DNA of 64,000 nt, taken from the NCBI GenBank assembly GCA_014905635.1, contig JABVCE010000019.1, positions 124,001 through 188,000 on the forward strand, written 5' to 3'. The stretch's first letter is position 1. Each line of letters opens with the position of its first letter. The notes under the pieces are model-generated. The model saw only the letters and a list, made by a program, of their open reading frames with translations, was not told the DNA's origin and did no database searches. The position numbers and the translations under genes are program-made. Of this stretch, positions 42,772 to 54,965 are shown one piece after another. This stretch comes from Scenedesmus sp. PABB004 (lineage: Eukaryota).

Positions 42772-45700
42772 TCAGACGCGCGCGCCCGCCTCAGCCGCGG
42801 CGGCCGCCTTGCGGATCCCGGCGGTGCACGCGTCGCACGCGTCGCCGGCCGGCGCCGCCGCGTCCGGGGCCGCCGCGTCCGGGGCCGCCGCGGGCTTGGG
42901 CGCGGGCGCGGCGGCGGCCGCGGCCGCCGCCGCCTGGCCCGCGAGCAGCTCCAGCTCGAGCAAGCGCTGGTGCACCTCACGGAACGTGGGCCGGTCAGCC
43001 GGCGCGGGCGCGAGGCACGCCGCCATGAGCGAGCGCGCGCCCTCGGGCAGGCCCGCCGCGGACGGCGGCAGCAGGCTGAGCAGGCGGCCGCTGGTGATGC
43101 TGGAGACGATCTGGGCGTAGTGCATGCCCGCGTAGGGCTTGACGCCGCTCAGCAGCTCAAACAGCAGCACGCCAAAGCTGTACACGTCGGCAGCCTTGGA
43201 GTGCGTCGCCTCGGTGATGACCTCCGGCGCCATGTGCTGCGCGTGGGTGGGCGTGGGTGGGCGTGGGTGGGCACGCAGGCGCGGCGGCGGCGGGGTGTGA
43301 GGGCGGCGGCGTGGGGCGGGTGCTCGCACAGCGGCGCGCGGGCGGCAGGCCCGGCGCGCGGGCGGCGGCGAGGGGCGGCGCGCACCGTGATGGTGCCGTG
43401 CGTGCGCGTGATGATCTTCTCGTTCTCTGCGGGCGGTCAGACAAACGCGCGTGAATTTGTGTGAGTTCGAACATGCGCGAGTCTGTGAGCCGCTGGCCGC
43501 GCCTGGCCGCCGCGCTGCGCGCGCTGGCACCACGCCCCCTCCCCGCGCACCACCACCCCCGCGCGCACACCACCCCCGCGCGCCCGCAGCCGCCGCACCC
43601 GGCGTGAGGAGGCGTGACAGCCCAAAGTCGGCGACCTTGGCGGTGAAGCCGCGCGCGTCGGGCCCGCCCGGCGCGACGGGCACGCCCGCGAGCAGGATGT
43701 TGTTGCCGTTGAGGTCGCCGTGCAGCACGCTCGCGCTGTGCAGGTACTCCAGCGCGGCCGCGATCTCCCGCGCCGTCGCGAGCGCGCGGCGCAGGTTGAC
43801 CTCGCCGGGCACGGGCGCGCCGTCGCGCGCCGACAGCAGCGCGCCGCGCGCGATCGCGTCGCTGAGCGTCCCCCGGTTGCAGTATTCGAGCACCATCCAC
43901 ACCTCCTGCAGCGGGCTGCCGTCGTCGCAGACGTCCACCTCCTGCGGCCAGCCGCAGCGGACGGCGCGGTGCGCGTCAGGCGGCGGGGCGGCGCCGGCGG
44001 CGGCGCCGCGGGCCGTCGCGGCGCGGGCTGCCGCCTTGGCGTGCGCCGCCGCCCTCCCAGCCGCCAACCCACGGCCTCCCAGTCGTCCCGGATGCCGCGG
44101 CGCGCCTGCGTGCAGATGTCAAACATGGCGACGATGTTTGGGTGCGAGAGCCGGTGGTGCAGCAGCGGCTCGAGGCTGCTCCGCGGGTTGGAGTCGCCCG
44201 CGACCTGCTCCAGCACCTTGACCGCGACGAGGCTGCCGTTCCAGTAGCCTGCGGGGCGGCGGCGCGCCGCGGGCCGGCGCAGCGCGCAGCAGGTTCAGAG
44301 GGCGCGCGGGCGTGGGCGCGGGGAGAGGGACGGAGGGAGGGCTGCGCGGCGAGGGGCGCGCCGGCCGGCGCCCGCCGGCGCCGCTGCCGCACCGCGGTGC
44401 ACGCGGCCGTAGGAGCCCCAGCCGAGCAGGCTGCCGATGGTGATGTCGGCAAAGGGGTTGTCCTCTGGCATCAGCGAGAACGTCGCCCGCATCGGCGGCG
44501 CGCCGGGCACGAGGCTGCTGCTGTCGCTGCCGGGGCCGGTGCCGGCGTGCGGCCCGCTGCTGTGGTGGCTGCTCCCCGGCCGCGGCGGGCCGCCGAGCTC
44601 GCCCCCGCCGCCGCCGCCCGCGAGCGGGTCGCCGATGGAGATGCTGCCGCCGCCGCCAAACGGCTGCGTGCCGCCCTCGTCGCCGCCGTACGCCGACGCG
44701 GCGCAGGGGAGGTCTACCATCGCCCAGTAGTAGTTGGCGGCGGACTCGTGGTTTAGCAGCGCGGGCGGGATGGACACGCTCGGCGCCATCTGGCTCTGCG
44801 CGCTGCTGACGCTGCGGAACTGGAAGCGCACGTAGCGCATGCCCGCGCCGCCGCCGGCGCCGAGGCTGCGCCGCCGCGCGGCCGCGGCGGCCGCGGCCGC
44901 GCCGCCGCCGCCGTCGGCGGCGACGCCAAACACGCCGCCCCCGAACGACACGGCGCGGCCGCCGTCGCCGCCGCCGCCGCCGTGCGGCTGCTGCGTCTGC
45001 TGCGTCTGCTGCGTCTGCTGCGTCTGCTGCGTCTGCTGCTGGAGCGTCGGCGGGTGGGCGTCCAGCGAGAAGCGCCCGACGCTGCTGCCGCCGATGCTGG
45101 CGCAGCTGCGGCGCGGCGGCGGCGGCGGCGGCACGGTCGGCGCTGGCGCGTGCGCGGGCGCGGCGCGGCGCGGCGCGGGCCGCACCTGCCGAGCGCGTGC
45201 TGCTCGAGGCCGGTGATGCTGCCGCCGCCGAGGTTGCAGGGGATGCGCATCTCAAAGTTCCGCCGCTGCTCCACCGCGAGCCGGTACGCCTGGACCTGCG
45301 CGCGGCGGCGGCGGCGCGGCGCGGCGCGCAAGGCTCGGCCCGCCGCGCGCACGCGCCGCGCCCGCGTGCACGCGCGCCGCGCAGCCGCGCAGCCGCGCAG
45401 CCGCGCAGCCGCGCAGCCGCGCAGCAGGCACGTGCCTGCGCCGGCGGGGGCGGCTCAAAGAGATCCCAAAAGTGACCGCCCGCCGCCATCTCGCGGCTCA
45501 CGCACGTCACGCGCTGCACGGGCGGCGGCGCGGCGCGGCGCGGGCGGCGGGCGTCTGGTGTCAGGCGCGGCGGGGGCCGCCAAGAGGCAGCAGCGGCGGC
45601 GGCCGGCGGCGCCGCGCGCAACAAACAGCCCAGCAGAACCCTAAACCCACGGCCGGGGTCTGGCGCTTCCAAAGCCCTGGACCCCACCTGCCACGCGTCG

Positions 45701-47412
45701 TTGACCAGGTATATGGCCCACTTGGGCTGGCCCATGTCCAGCAGCATCAGACCCTGCCGGTCGTGCGTGATGCTGTCGCCGCTGCGGGGCGGCGCCGCGC
45801 GGCGGTGCGGGGCGCGGCGGGCGGCGGGTGGGGCACGGCGGGGGCCGCCGCTCGGCATGCCTCGCGCTCGGACCGATTGGCGGGGGCCGGCGCCGGCGCC
45901 GGCGCGGCGCGGGCGCGCACCTCGTGTGGCGCAGCGCGGCGCTGCAGAGCGCGTCGTTCATTGCCCGCTTGCGCTCCACCTCGCGCATGACCATGCTGGC
46001 CAGCTGCGCGAGCAGCGTCGTCGAGTCGGCGCTGAAGTCGGTGCGCGGCTGCAGGTCGAGGATGCAGCTGCGCGGTGCAGCGGGCAGCGGCGGGCGGCGG
46101 GCGGTGAGCTGGGGGCTGGGCGGCGCCCGGGCACAGCGGTTGCGGGCGGGCGCGGCGCGGCGCGCGCGCGGGCGCCGGCGCGGGGCGCGCGCTCACAGCG
46201 TGCCGAGGCGCATGCCGTTTGCGTTGACCAGGGGGCTCGCGGCGTAGAAGCGCACGTGCGGCCAGCCGACGACGACCGGAAAGTCCTGCGGCGCGCCGCC
46301 GGCGACGCGGGCGGCGCGGCGCGTGGGCGGGGTGCTCCGCCCCTGCCCGGCAGCGGCGCCCGGCGCGCCGCCCCGCTGCGCGCGCGTGCGCAGCAGACGC
46401 GGCCGGCGCGGCGGGGCGGGGCGCCGCTGCGGCCGAACCTTGAATCGCACGTCCTCTCGAAGGTCCGGCACCACCAGCGCCTCGGGGAAGCGCGACAGCA
46501 GCGTCCTGCAAGGCGCGCCGGCGCGGCGGCGGGCCTCGGCGGGGCGCGCCCCTCCCTCCGCCTGCTGCCGCCGCCGTCCGCCGCCGCCCGCGCCGCCGCC
46601 GTCCGCGGCGCTCGCACGCGTGCGCACGCGCGCGCCGCGCTCACCACGCGCAGAGCGAGACGCGGCGCTCGACCTGCTTCAGCCCCGACAGGCCCTGCAC
46701 GCTCTTCAGCCACACGCGGTCCTTGTCCACAAAAGTGACCATCGCGATCGGCACCTGCAGCAGCGGCGGTGGCGGCGGCGGCGCGCTGAGCCGGCTGCGG
46801 CGCAGTTGCCGCGGTCGGCGCCAGGCGGCCTCTGCGAGCGCTGCGCGCGCGCCGGGCGGTCGGCGCGCCTTGAACAGCGTCTTGCACAGCTCCGTGATGC
46901 GGTCATACGCCTCCTCCGGCTCCTGCGCGGCGCCGCCGGGCGGGTGTCGGCAGCTGCGGCGGCCGCTGCCGCACGGGCCGCGGCGCGACAATTGTGGCGG
47001 GCGGGTCGCACCGTGTCGAGGATGTTGTATTCCGCGAGCTGATCCCAGCGGTGCTGCTCATCCACGGGCAGCGGCAGGTCGACCTCCTTCCACACGACCA
47101 TCAGCGGCGAGCTGGGCCCGCCGCCGACCGCGGGAGGTTCCGGGGCGTCGGTGCCGCTGTCGGCGCGCGGCGCGGGCGCCTGCGGGCGCGGCGGGCGGGC
47201 GGTGGGTGCCGGGGCGGCCATCGGCACGCGAGACCGGCGCAACTGCGGCGCCTGGTTCTGCGCGGAGCAGCGGATCATCTCACCTTGGACGACACCGAGC
47301 CTTTGGCGCCGCAGGCGCCCGACAGCGAGGCGCCCTTGGCCGTCAGCGGCGCCTTCACGCCCGCTCGCCCCTCCGCCGGCGCATCGGCGGGGCTGCTCTG
47401 CACGCAGCCCAT
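42772..47412 (-). CDS. N-acylated GAF-domain tyrosine-kinase-like (Raf/MAP3K-like) protein kinase; multi-exon
   Basis: Start MGCVQS. GAF motifs YNILDTEPEEAYDRIT, VPIAMVTFVD, VRFYAASPL, GTLCILD. Kinase motifs LGWGSYGRV, VAVK, HPNIV, HGDLNGNNILL, DFGLSR, HMAPE, DVYSFG. Confidence 0.9.
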
Positions 47413-47899
47413 GGCGGGCGTGCCGGGCCGCCCGCAGCGACCGACGGCGCTGTGCCGAGCAGGGCTAGGGCGCCGCTAGCAGCAGCAGCAGCAGGCGCCC
47501 CCCTGCTGCTTCATCTCGCAGCCGCGCACACTCCTGCTGGCCGGCGCCAGGCGCGCCCAATCGCCGAGCGTGGCCGCGAGCTGCGCCCACACGCTCGGCG
47601 CCTGGCCCGCGCAGCAGAAAGTGCGGTGAGGCGAGCACGCTCAGGCGTGCGCCTCCGTGCGGGAGGGTTGGGTTGCGGGCGCGGTGTGGGCCTCACTGCC
47701 GGCGGACCGGCGGCTTGCCGCGCGTGCGCCGCGGGGCGCGCAGCGTCGGCGCGGCGCAGGGTTGAGAGCGGCCAGCGCTCGGCGCCCGGCGCCGGCGGCG
47801 AGCAGGCCCAGCCGCCCGGGCTGCGTGTGCGGTCGACGCTCCGTCGGGCTCGCCGGCCCCACGCCGGCGCCGCACGCCGGACCGCGCCGGCGGTCAACC

Positions 47900-48916
47900 A
47901 TGTGCCTCCGCGCCTGCGCGCGCAGCCCGGCGCCGACGGTCCTGGTGGTGGGTCCCGAGGGCGCCGGCAAGTCGGTGCTGCTGCAGCGCCTCGCCGACCT
48001 GGCGCGCCCGGCGAGCTGCGGCACGTCCGCGACCGGTCGCGTCCACCCACTCGCGCCGCCGCCGACACTGCCGACGGTCGGCACGGAGCTGCGCCGCCTG
48101 CGGCCGTCGCGCCGGCACCTGCCGCGCGGCCTCGTCCTGCGGTGCGCGCCGCGGCCGGCCGGCGAGACGCGCGGCTGTCTCTCTCCATCTCTCACGCGCC
48201 GCCGCCGCCGCCGGCGCCGGCGCCTGTGCCCATGGGCCAGGGAGGTCGGCGGCGCGATGCAGCCGCTCTGGCCCCACTTTTACGCTGAGGCGGCGGCGGT
48301 GCTGTTTGTGGCAGAGCCGGCGGCCGGCGGCCCGCCGTCGCCGCGCGGTGCGGAGCAGTCGGGCGAGCAGCAGCTGTGCCCGCCCGGCAGCGACGGCGAG
48401 CAGCAGCAGCCCAAGAAGCGGCGGCGGCCGGCCAGCGGCGCGGCCGCGTCGGCGGAGCAGCTGGCCGGGGTGCTGGGCCACCCTGAGCTGCGGGTGCGCC
48501 GCATGCGGCGCCGCCCGCGCAGCACTGCTCGCGGCGCTGCTGTCGCCGCGCCTGCCGCCCACGCCGTGCCGCGTGCTGCCGCCGTTCAGGGCAAGCCGCT
48601 GTGCGTGCTGCTGAACAAAATGGACGAGCCGGGCGCGCTGGCGGCCGGCGCGCCGGCTTGGCTCCGGGGCTGCCTGCCGCTTGAGTGCGGGGGGCTGGCG
48701 GCGGCAGCGCAGCAGCATCAGCAGCAGGATCAGCAGGGGCGGGAGCGGCAGACGCGGGCGCAGGAGCAGCAGCAGCTGCCCCTGGTGACGCTGCTCGCGG
48801 GCTCGGCGCTGACCGGCGAGGGCCTGGCCGCGGTCACGGCGTGGCTGCAGGCGGTCGCCCAGCAGCACAGCGCGGCGGCGCCGGCGCGCCTGGCGCCAGG
48901 CGAGGGCTGCGGCTAG
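47900..48916 (+). CDS. ARL16: ARF-like small GTPase, ARL16-like; 3 exons
   Basis: GPEGAGKS P-loop, TLPTVG, REVGGAMQPLWPHFY (ARL16-type RExGG replacing WDxGG), NKMD, SALTGEGL. Confidence 0.8.
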   Translation: MCLRACARSPAPTVLVVGPEGAGKSVLLQRLADLARPASCGTSATGRVHPLAPPPTLPTVGTELRRLRPSRRHLPRGLVLRCAPRPAGETRGCLSPSLTRRRRRRRRRLCPWAREVGGAMQPLWPHFYAEAAAVLFVAEPAAGGPPSPRGAEQSGEQQLCPPGSDGEQQQPKKRRRPASGAAASAEQLAGVLGHPELRVRRMRRRPRSTARGAAVAAPAAHAVPRAAAVQGKPLCVLLNKMDEPGALAAGAPAWLRGCLPLECGGLAAAAQQHQQQDQQGRERQTRAQEQQQLPLVTLLAGSALTGEGLAAVTAWLQAVAQQHSAAAPARLAPGEGCG

Positions 48917-49059
48917 GCGGAGGCGCTGCCGTTGCTGGCGGCCGCCTGCCCGCTGGTGGAGGGCGAGTCAGGCAGCTGAGCTGCAGGGGTGCACCGCACG
49001 GCAACCCGCTCGCAAGGCCACAGCGCGGTGCAATCACCGCCGGCAGCCCGCCGCGCGCC
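48889..49059 (+). repeat. Direct repeat, copy 1 (ARL16 3' end plus 3' flank)
   Basis: Similar to 54390-54641, sharing GGCGAGGGCTGCGGC, GCTGCCGTTGCTGGCGGCCGCCTGCCCGCTGG and CGCGGTGCAATCACCGCCGGCAGCCCGCCGCGCGCC. Confidence 0.85.
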
Positions 49060-49727
49060 TGCAGCGTTGTGCGGCACTCGCGCCGCGCACGCAGCCTGTC
49101 CCAGCCTCCCAGCTCGGGCGCGGGGCGCACGGTCAGGTGTCCCAGCAGCACGGCGAGCACGGCCTCCGGTGATGGCCGCGCGGGTGTGGTGGTGCGCTGC
49201 GGCGCGGCGGACGCCACGCGCGCAGGTGGCTGGGCTCAGCCAGCGTAGAGCGCGGCTGAGCCCCGCTAGAGCGGCAGCCCACCTGCAGCTCCATGCGCGC
49301 GAGCGCCTGGCCTGGGCAGTCACGCCGGCAATTGAAAAGCTCCAAGGATCCTGCAGCGACTTGCCGCCGCCGCCGGCCGCGCCGTCGCCGCCGCTCCCGC
49401 AGCCGCGGTCGTGCGGCGCCGCCGGCTGCGGCGCCAGGCCCACTGCGGCCGCCGCGGCCGCATCGTCCATCGAGGCGGTGAAGCTGGGCACAGGCGCGCA
49501 GCTGGGGTCCAAGAACGCGGCCTTGGACCCGCATGCTGCTGCCCGCAGGTACGAGTGAGAGCATCTGGTCGTCCTGTCGCCGCCTGACTTGTGTGATCGG
49601 AGCCTGCTGTCTCCATTCGGAGCCGCGACCAGCCGGGGGCGCCGTGGTCTGCACGGCAGCAAGGAGTGAACAGCTCTTGCCCTGCCCCGGCCCCCGGGCA
49701 AACGGGAGTCGCGGCGCCACGCGCAGC

Positions 49728-52700
49728 ATGCAGGCCATCCAGCGCCTGTCCGTTCAGCGCGTGCTGAGCACCCGCTGGCTGCGCGATGCCGACCTCTCTC
49801 GCTCCAGCAGCGGCGGGCGCACGACCGACTGGCGCCGCCTGCTCTCGCTCTCCTTTGCCGCCCTGGGCGTCGTCTATGGCGACATTGGCACCAGGTGAAC
49901 AGCTACCGGGCAGCAGCCCCGGCGCACAGCTCCTTCCTGCGCGCGGCGCGGCGCGGCTCAATCGCCGAGCGCCGCCGCAGCCCGCTGTACGTGTTCTCGA
50001 CCATCTTCACCGAGCCGCCGACGCGCGAGGACGTCATCTGCGGCGCGAGCCTCGTCTTCTGGACGATCACGCTGATTGTTCTCGTCAAGTATGTCGCCAT
50101 TATTCTCATGGCGGACGACCATGGAGAAGGTGTGCATGCGCACACGCCCGGCCGGGCCGCGTTGCAGGGCGGCGCGGCGCGCCCAGGAGACCACGCCGCG
50201 CCCTGGCTCGCCCCCGCCCCCTCCCTGCCCGCGCAGGCGGCACGTTTGCACTCTATGCCGCGATCAGCCGCGCGTGCGGCATCCCCGCGGTCAATGCAAC
50301 TGCCATGCCCGCCGACAACATCGTCTACACCGCCTCTGCCAGCGCCGGCGACGGCGACGGCGGCCTGCCGGCCGCGCACGGCCCGTGCTGCGGCGGCGCG
50401 CGCGGCGGCGCGGGCGCGGCGCTGCGCGCGCACCTCGGCAGGAGCCGGGCCGCGCAGCGGGGCCTGCTTTTGGGCGCGCTGTTCATGGTATCGTTCGTCC
50501 TCGGCGACGGCGTGCTGACGCCCGCAATCTCAGGCGCGCGAGCGCGTGGGCGGGTGGCTGGGTGGCCCACGTGTGCGGGGGTGGCCTGCGACTCAACCTG
50601 CCTGCCTGCGCCGCGCAGTGATTTCCGCTGTGGGGGGCCTGCAGACGCACGCGGGCCTCTCGCAGGACGCGACGATCGGCATCACCTGCGGCATCCTGGT
50701 GGCGCTCTTCGCCCTGCAGTCGGTCGGCACGCAGCGCGTGGGCTGCGCGTTTGCGCCCACCGTGCTGCTCTGGTTCATCAGGTGCAGCCCGGCGGGGCGG
50801 CGGGCGCGCGGGCCGATTCGCGCCGCCCTGCCGCCTGGCGGCTGCGCGCGCGCGCGCGCGCCCCACGCGCTTGCCTCACCCCACGCGCATGCTCCCCCTC
50901 CCTCCTCCCCGCGTGCGTGCAGCAACACCGCAATCGCCGTGTATAACATTGTGACCTTTGGGGGCGGAGGCGTGTTCGTCGCGCTGTCGCCACACTGGGT
51001 CGTGCTGTGGTTTGCGCGCCGCGGCGTCGAGGGCTGGAAGGTGCGGCGGCGGGGCAGGGATGCAGCGGCGCCGAGGCGCCGCCAGCTGTGGCAACCAACC
51101 ACCAGTGCGCCCTGCGCACCGGGTGACCCTTGCGCCTCTCGCGCGCCGGCTGGCTGTGCTGCAGGGCCTCGCTGGCGTGTTCCTCTGTGTCACAGGCTGC
51201 GAGGCGATGGCGGCCGACCTCGGCCACTTCTCCAAGGGGTCCGTGCGGGTGCGCCTGCAGGGCACGTGGCTGCCGTTCCTGGCCTGCCTTGCGCGCCGTT
51301 TGTGCTCTGAGTTGCCCCATGCGACTCGCCTGACACGACCACGCGTGCTGCGTGCTGCGCGCCCACGCGCGCGCCCGCCCACAGCTGTCGTTCGGCGCGG
51401 TCGCCTACCCAGCCCTTGTCATGACCTACCTCGGCCAGGCCAGCTGGCTGCTCCGCAACCCCGACGGCTTTGCCACGTGCGTCCGGCCGTGGCAGGCTGC
51501 ACCCGCCCCCGGCCGGCTAGGCCGCCGCCATGAGCCCGCGCGCACGCACTTCGTTTGACTTGCGCATGCCTGCCTTGCCTAATCCCTAACCCTTGCCAGG
51601 GTCTTCTACTCTAGCATCCCTCACCCGGTGTTTTGGCCGATGTTTGTCGTCGCCGTGGCGACGGCGATTGTGGCGAGCCAGGTGCGCCTTGCAGGCAGGG
51701 GCTGCAGGTCTGCGGCCGGGACGCGCGGTTTGGCAGCCCGCCTGCTGGGCGGCGGGGCGCCGCACCGGGCTGTGCGGCGTTGCGCACGGCCTGCCTGCTG
51801 CCCCGCATGCGCAGGCGCTCATCACGGGGAGCTTCAGCATCGTCCGCCAGGCGATGGCGCTCGGCGCATTCCCACGACTGCGACAGGTGCGGCGTGCGCC
51901 TGCCGCGCCCTGCCCTCACGGCGCACACCACACTCTCACCGGCCTGCGTGCCCATGTATGCCTCGCCCGCCTGGCGCTGGCGCTCCCACGCGCGCAGAAG
52001 CACACGTCCGCACACGTGCCAGGGCAGGTGTACATTGCCGAGGTGCGCGCTTGTTGCGCAGCAACCAGCCAGCTGGCTGCGGCGCCAGGCTGCAGCTGCT
52101 CGCACCGTGGCATGGCGTGTGCTGAGCCTACCGCGGCACGGCCCGCGCCCGCAGGTCAACTGGACGCTGCTGGTGCTGTGCGTCGCCGTCGTCGCAGGAT
52201 TCCGCTCCGGCACCGCCATCGGCAACGCCTATGTGCGGCGCGGCGCGCTTGCGCCGCGGCGGCCCGCCCGCCCTGCCCCGCCCTGCCCCGCTCGCCTGCC
52301 CCGCCGGTCCATCCGCCGCGTGCTGAGCCGCGTGCTGCGCCTCCTTGGCCAAACCCTAAGCCCCTCCCGCCGCGTCCCTCCCTCAGGGCATCTCGATCAA
52401 CATCGTCATGGTCGGCACGACGGCGCTGTTCACCATCTACGCGCTCGTCGCGTGGCAGTGCCACGTGGCCGTCATCTCAGCCTTCGCGCTGCCCTTTCTG
52501 GCGATCGAGGGCGCCTTCCTCTCGGCCAACCTGCAGAACGTGCCGCACGGCGGCTGGTTCAGCCTCACGCTGGGCGTGATCATCACGTCCGCGTGCTGCA
52601 TCTGGATCCACGGCACCGCCGCGCGCGGCGCGGCGCTCAAGCGGTGCGGTCCCGCGCGCAGCTGCGCGCACGCTGCCGGAGGGGCCGACCACTGCCCGCC

Positions 52701-54201
52701 AGTGGGCGGCCCGCCACGGCCTGCTGCAGCCAGTGTCACCACCGCCCCTCCGCACGCTCGCCCCTCTGCACGCTGCGCCTGCCCCCTGAACAGGGAGCAC
52801 TGCTCGCTTGGCGACGTCCTCACCTACAAACCGCCATCCGGTCGCGCCTCTGCCGAGGGCGACAGGCGCGGCGGCGGCGGCAGCGTTGGCCTTGCCGCGC
52901 GCAGCTGGCAGCTGTACCGCGTGAGCAGCCTGACGCCATTGCAGCGCAACCCCGGCCTCGCGATTGTATACTCTGAGAGCCCCTTCCAGGCGCGCAAGGG
53001 CGGGCCCAGCGCGGGCGGGCATGGTACCAGCGCCTGACCAGCGCTGCGTGGCCCGGCGCGCCTGCCCCGCAGGTGCCGGCACTGTTCCGTCGCCTCGCCG
53101 ACTCGTGGGGCGTGCACGAGGTGGTGGTCTTCCTTACCGTGCGCCAGGTGCGCGCTGCCAGGCTGCCCAGGGGCGGGCAGGCGTGCCAGCGCGCTGCCCA
53201 GGAGGGAAGGGGGGGGGGGCGTGCTGGCAGCAGCGCGCGGCAGCACCCGCTCGCGTGCTGGCTGGCGGCGCTGCGGCTGATCGCGCGCGACACGGCGCCG
53301 CCGTCGTTGACGGCGGCGGTTCGCGGCTGAGGCCGGCCCGGCGCCCGCCCGCCTGCCACCGCTGCCACGCGCGCCGCCGCCTGCTGACACGCCGCGGCCC
53401 ACCCGCGCGCCAGTTGCCGCTGCCGCACGTGGACGAGGCGCACCGCCTGCTGCTCGCGCCGCTCGAGTTCCGGGGCTTCTTCCGCGCCGTCGCGCGCTAC
53501 GGCTACCTGGACGCCATGGACCAGGCGCGCCGCCGTCCGCGCGCCTGGGCACCTTGTGAACGGGCATCCGTCCGCGCCGCCGCCGGGCCTGGCCCGGCCC
53601 GGCTCGGTGTGTGTTTTCAGCACTGACCGCTGACCGCCTCTGCCGCACGCAGGGCGAGGAGTTTGTGGAGGCACTGCTGGACAAGATTGCTGTGGTCGCG
53701 CCTGGCGCTGCGGCCGGCCTGGTGCCTGCAGCGCCAAAGGACGTGGTGGCCGTGGCGGGCGACGCGGGCGACGCGGGCAAGGCGGCCGAGGCGGGCGAGC
53801 CTGGCCAGCCAGGCGGCGACGCGGCGCCCGACGCCGCCGCCGCCAGCGGCATCGTGGCCGTGACACTTCCCGGCGTCGCGCCGGCGGTCCGCGCCGGCGG
53901 CGCGGACTGCGTGACCGTGACGCTTCCCGGCACGCCGCCGGCGGTCGGCGCGGGCGCAGCGGGGCGCGCGGTGTACGTGGTCCAGCGCAGCGTGCTGCGC
54001 GTGCGCCCGGCCAGCGCGCGCGCTGCTGGCCCGGACGGCGCGCCGGCCCAGCCGGCGCGCCGGCTGGCGTCGGCGGCGGAGGCCGCACTGCTAGAGTATG
54101 TCTACTTGCCGATGTATTCCCTCACCAGCCGCTTCTGGCAGGCCAGCCTGGCGCTGCCGGCGGCGCGCCTGTTTGAGGTGGGCATGGTCGTGGAGCTGTG
54201 A
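49728..54201 (+). CDS. KUP/HAK/KT potassium transporter; multi-exon
   Basis: LGVVYGDIGTSPLYV, DDHGEGGTFALY, GDGVLTPAISV, TGCEAMAADLGHF, YLGQA, AIVASQALITGSFS, GQVYIAEVNW, GNAYG, HGGW, RYGY, EVGMVVEL*. Confidence 0.93.
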
Positions 54202-54389
54202 ACCGGCGGCATGCTGAGCGTTGAGTGTGTGGTGTGGGTGTGTGTGTGGGGGGGGGGGGGGGGCGACGGCCGCATTGGACTTGCACCCTCAGTGAGCGGC
54301 ACATTTATGCCGTTGATTCAGCGTGTTCCCTTTCAAGGCAACACATCTTTGCAACCGACTGTTATTGCTGAGCTTGAGCGGTCAGCACA

Positions 54390-54641
54390 CCTGGCGGCAG
54401 GCGAGGGCTGCGGCGAGGCGGAGCCGCTGCCGTTGCTGGCGGCCGCCTGCCCGCTGGCGGGGGCCGCGTGCGGCAGCTGAGCTGCGGGTGCGCCGCCGGG
54501 CAACCCGCGCGCAAGGACAGCTGCGCGTCACAGCCACCGGCGCGACAGCACCGGCGCCGGTCGCCTCACGCTGCCGGCGGGGGCCCAAACGCTGCAGCCC
54601 GCGCGCGCGGTGCAATCACCGCCGGCAGCCCGCCGCGCGCC
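54390..54641 (+). repeat. Direct repeat, copy 2 (with an internal extra ~75 bp)
   Basis: Matches 48889-49059. The ARL16 stop TAG is GAG here. Confidence 0.85.
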
Positions 54642-54965
54642 CCGCCGCAGGCACACGTCGGCTGGCGCGTGTGCGAAGAGCGCGACGTGCTGCTGGCGCC
54701 GTTACTGCGTGTCTGGAACCACCGCGACCGGCGCGCTTGTGCAGCGGCCGGACCGCCCCCGCCGTGGCCGCGCGCCGCCAACCGCCCCCGCCCGGCATGC
54801 AGCCGCCATCAAAGCACGAGAGAGTCGGGGAGTGCAATGGTGCCTTGAGCCCCTGCCATGTGTTTTATCGCCTGCCCAGTCCCAGTCCAGCCCGTGCGTC
54901 CCGCCCGCCCGCCGCCCTGCTCGACACCGCCCGCGCAGCTCCCCCGCATGCGCCCGGCCCGCCCC

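Noticed and set aside
44988..45040. (CTGCTGCGT)n repeat encoding QQT units in the kinase
   Set aside because: Ordinary coding microsatellite in a disordered linker.
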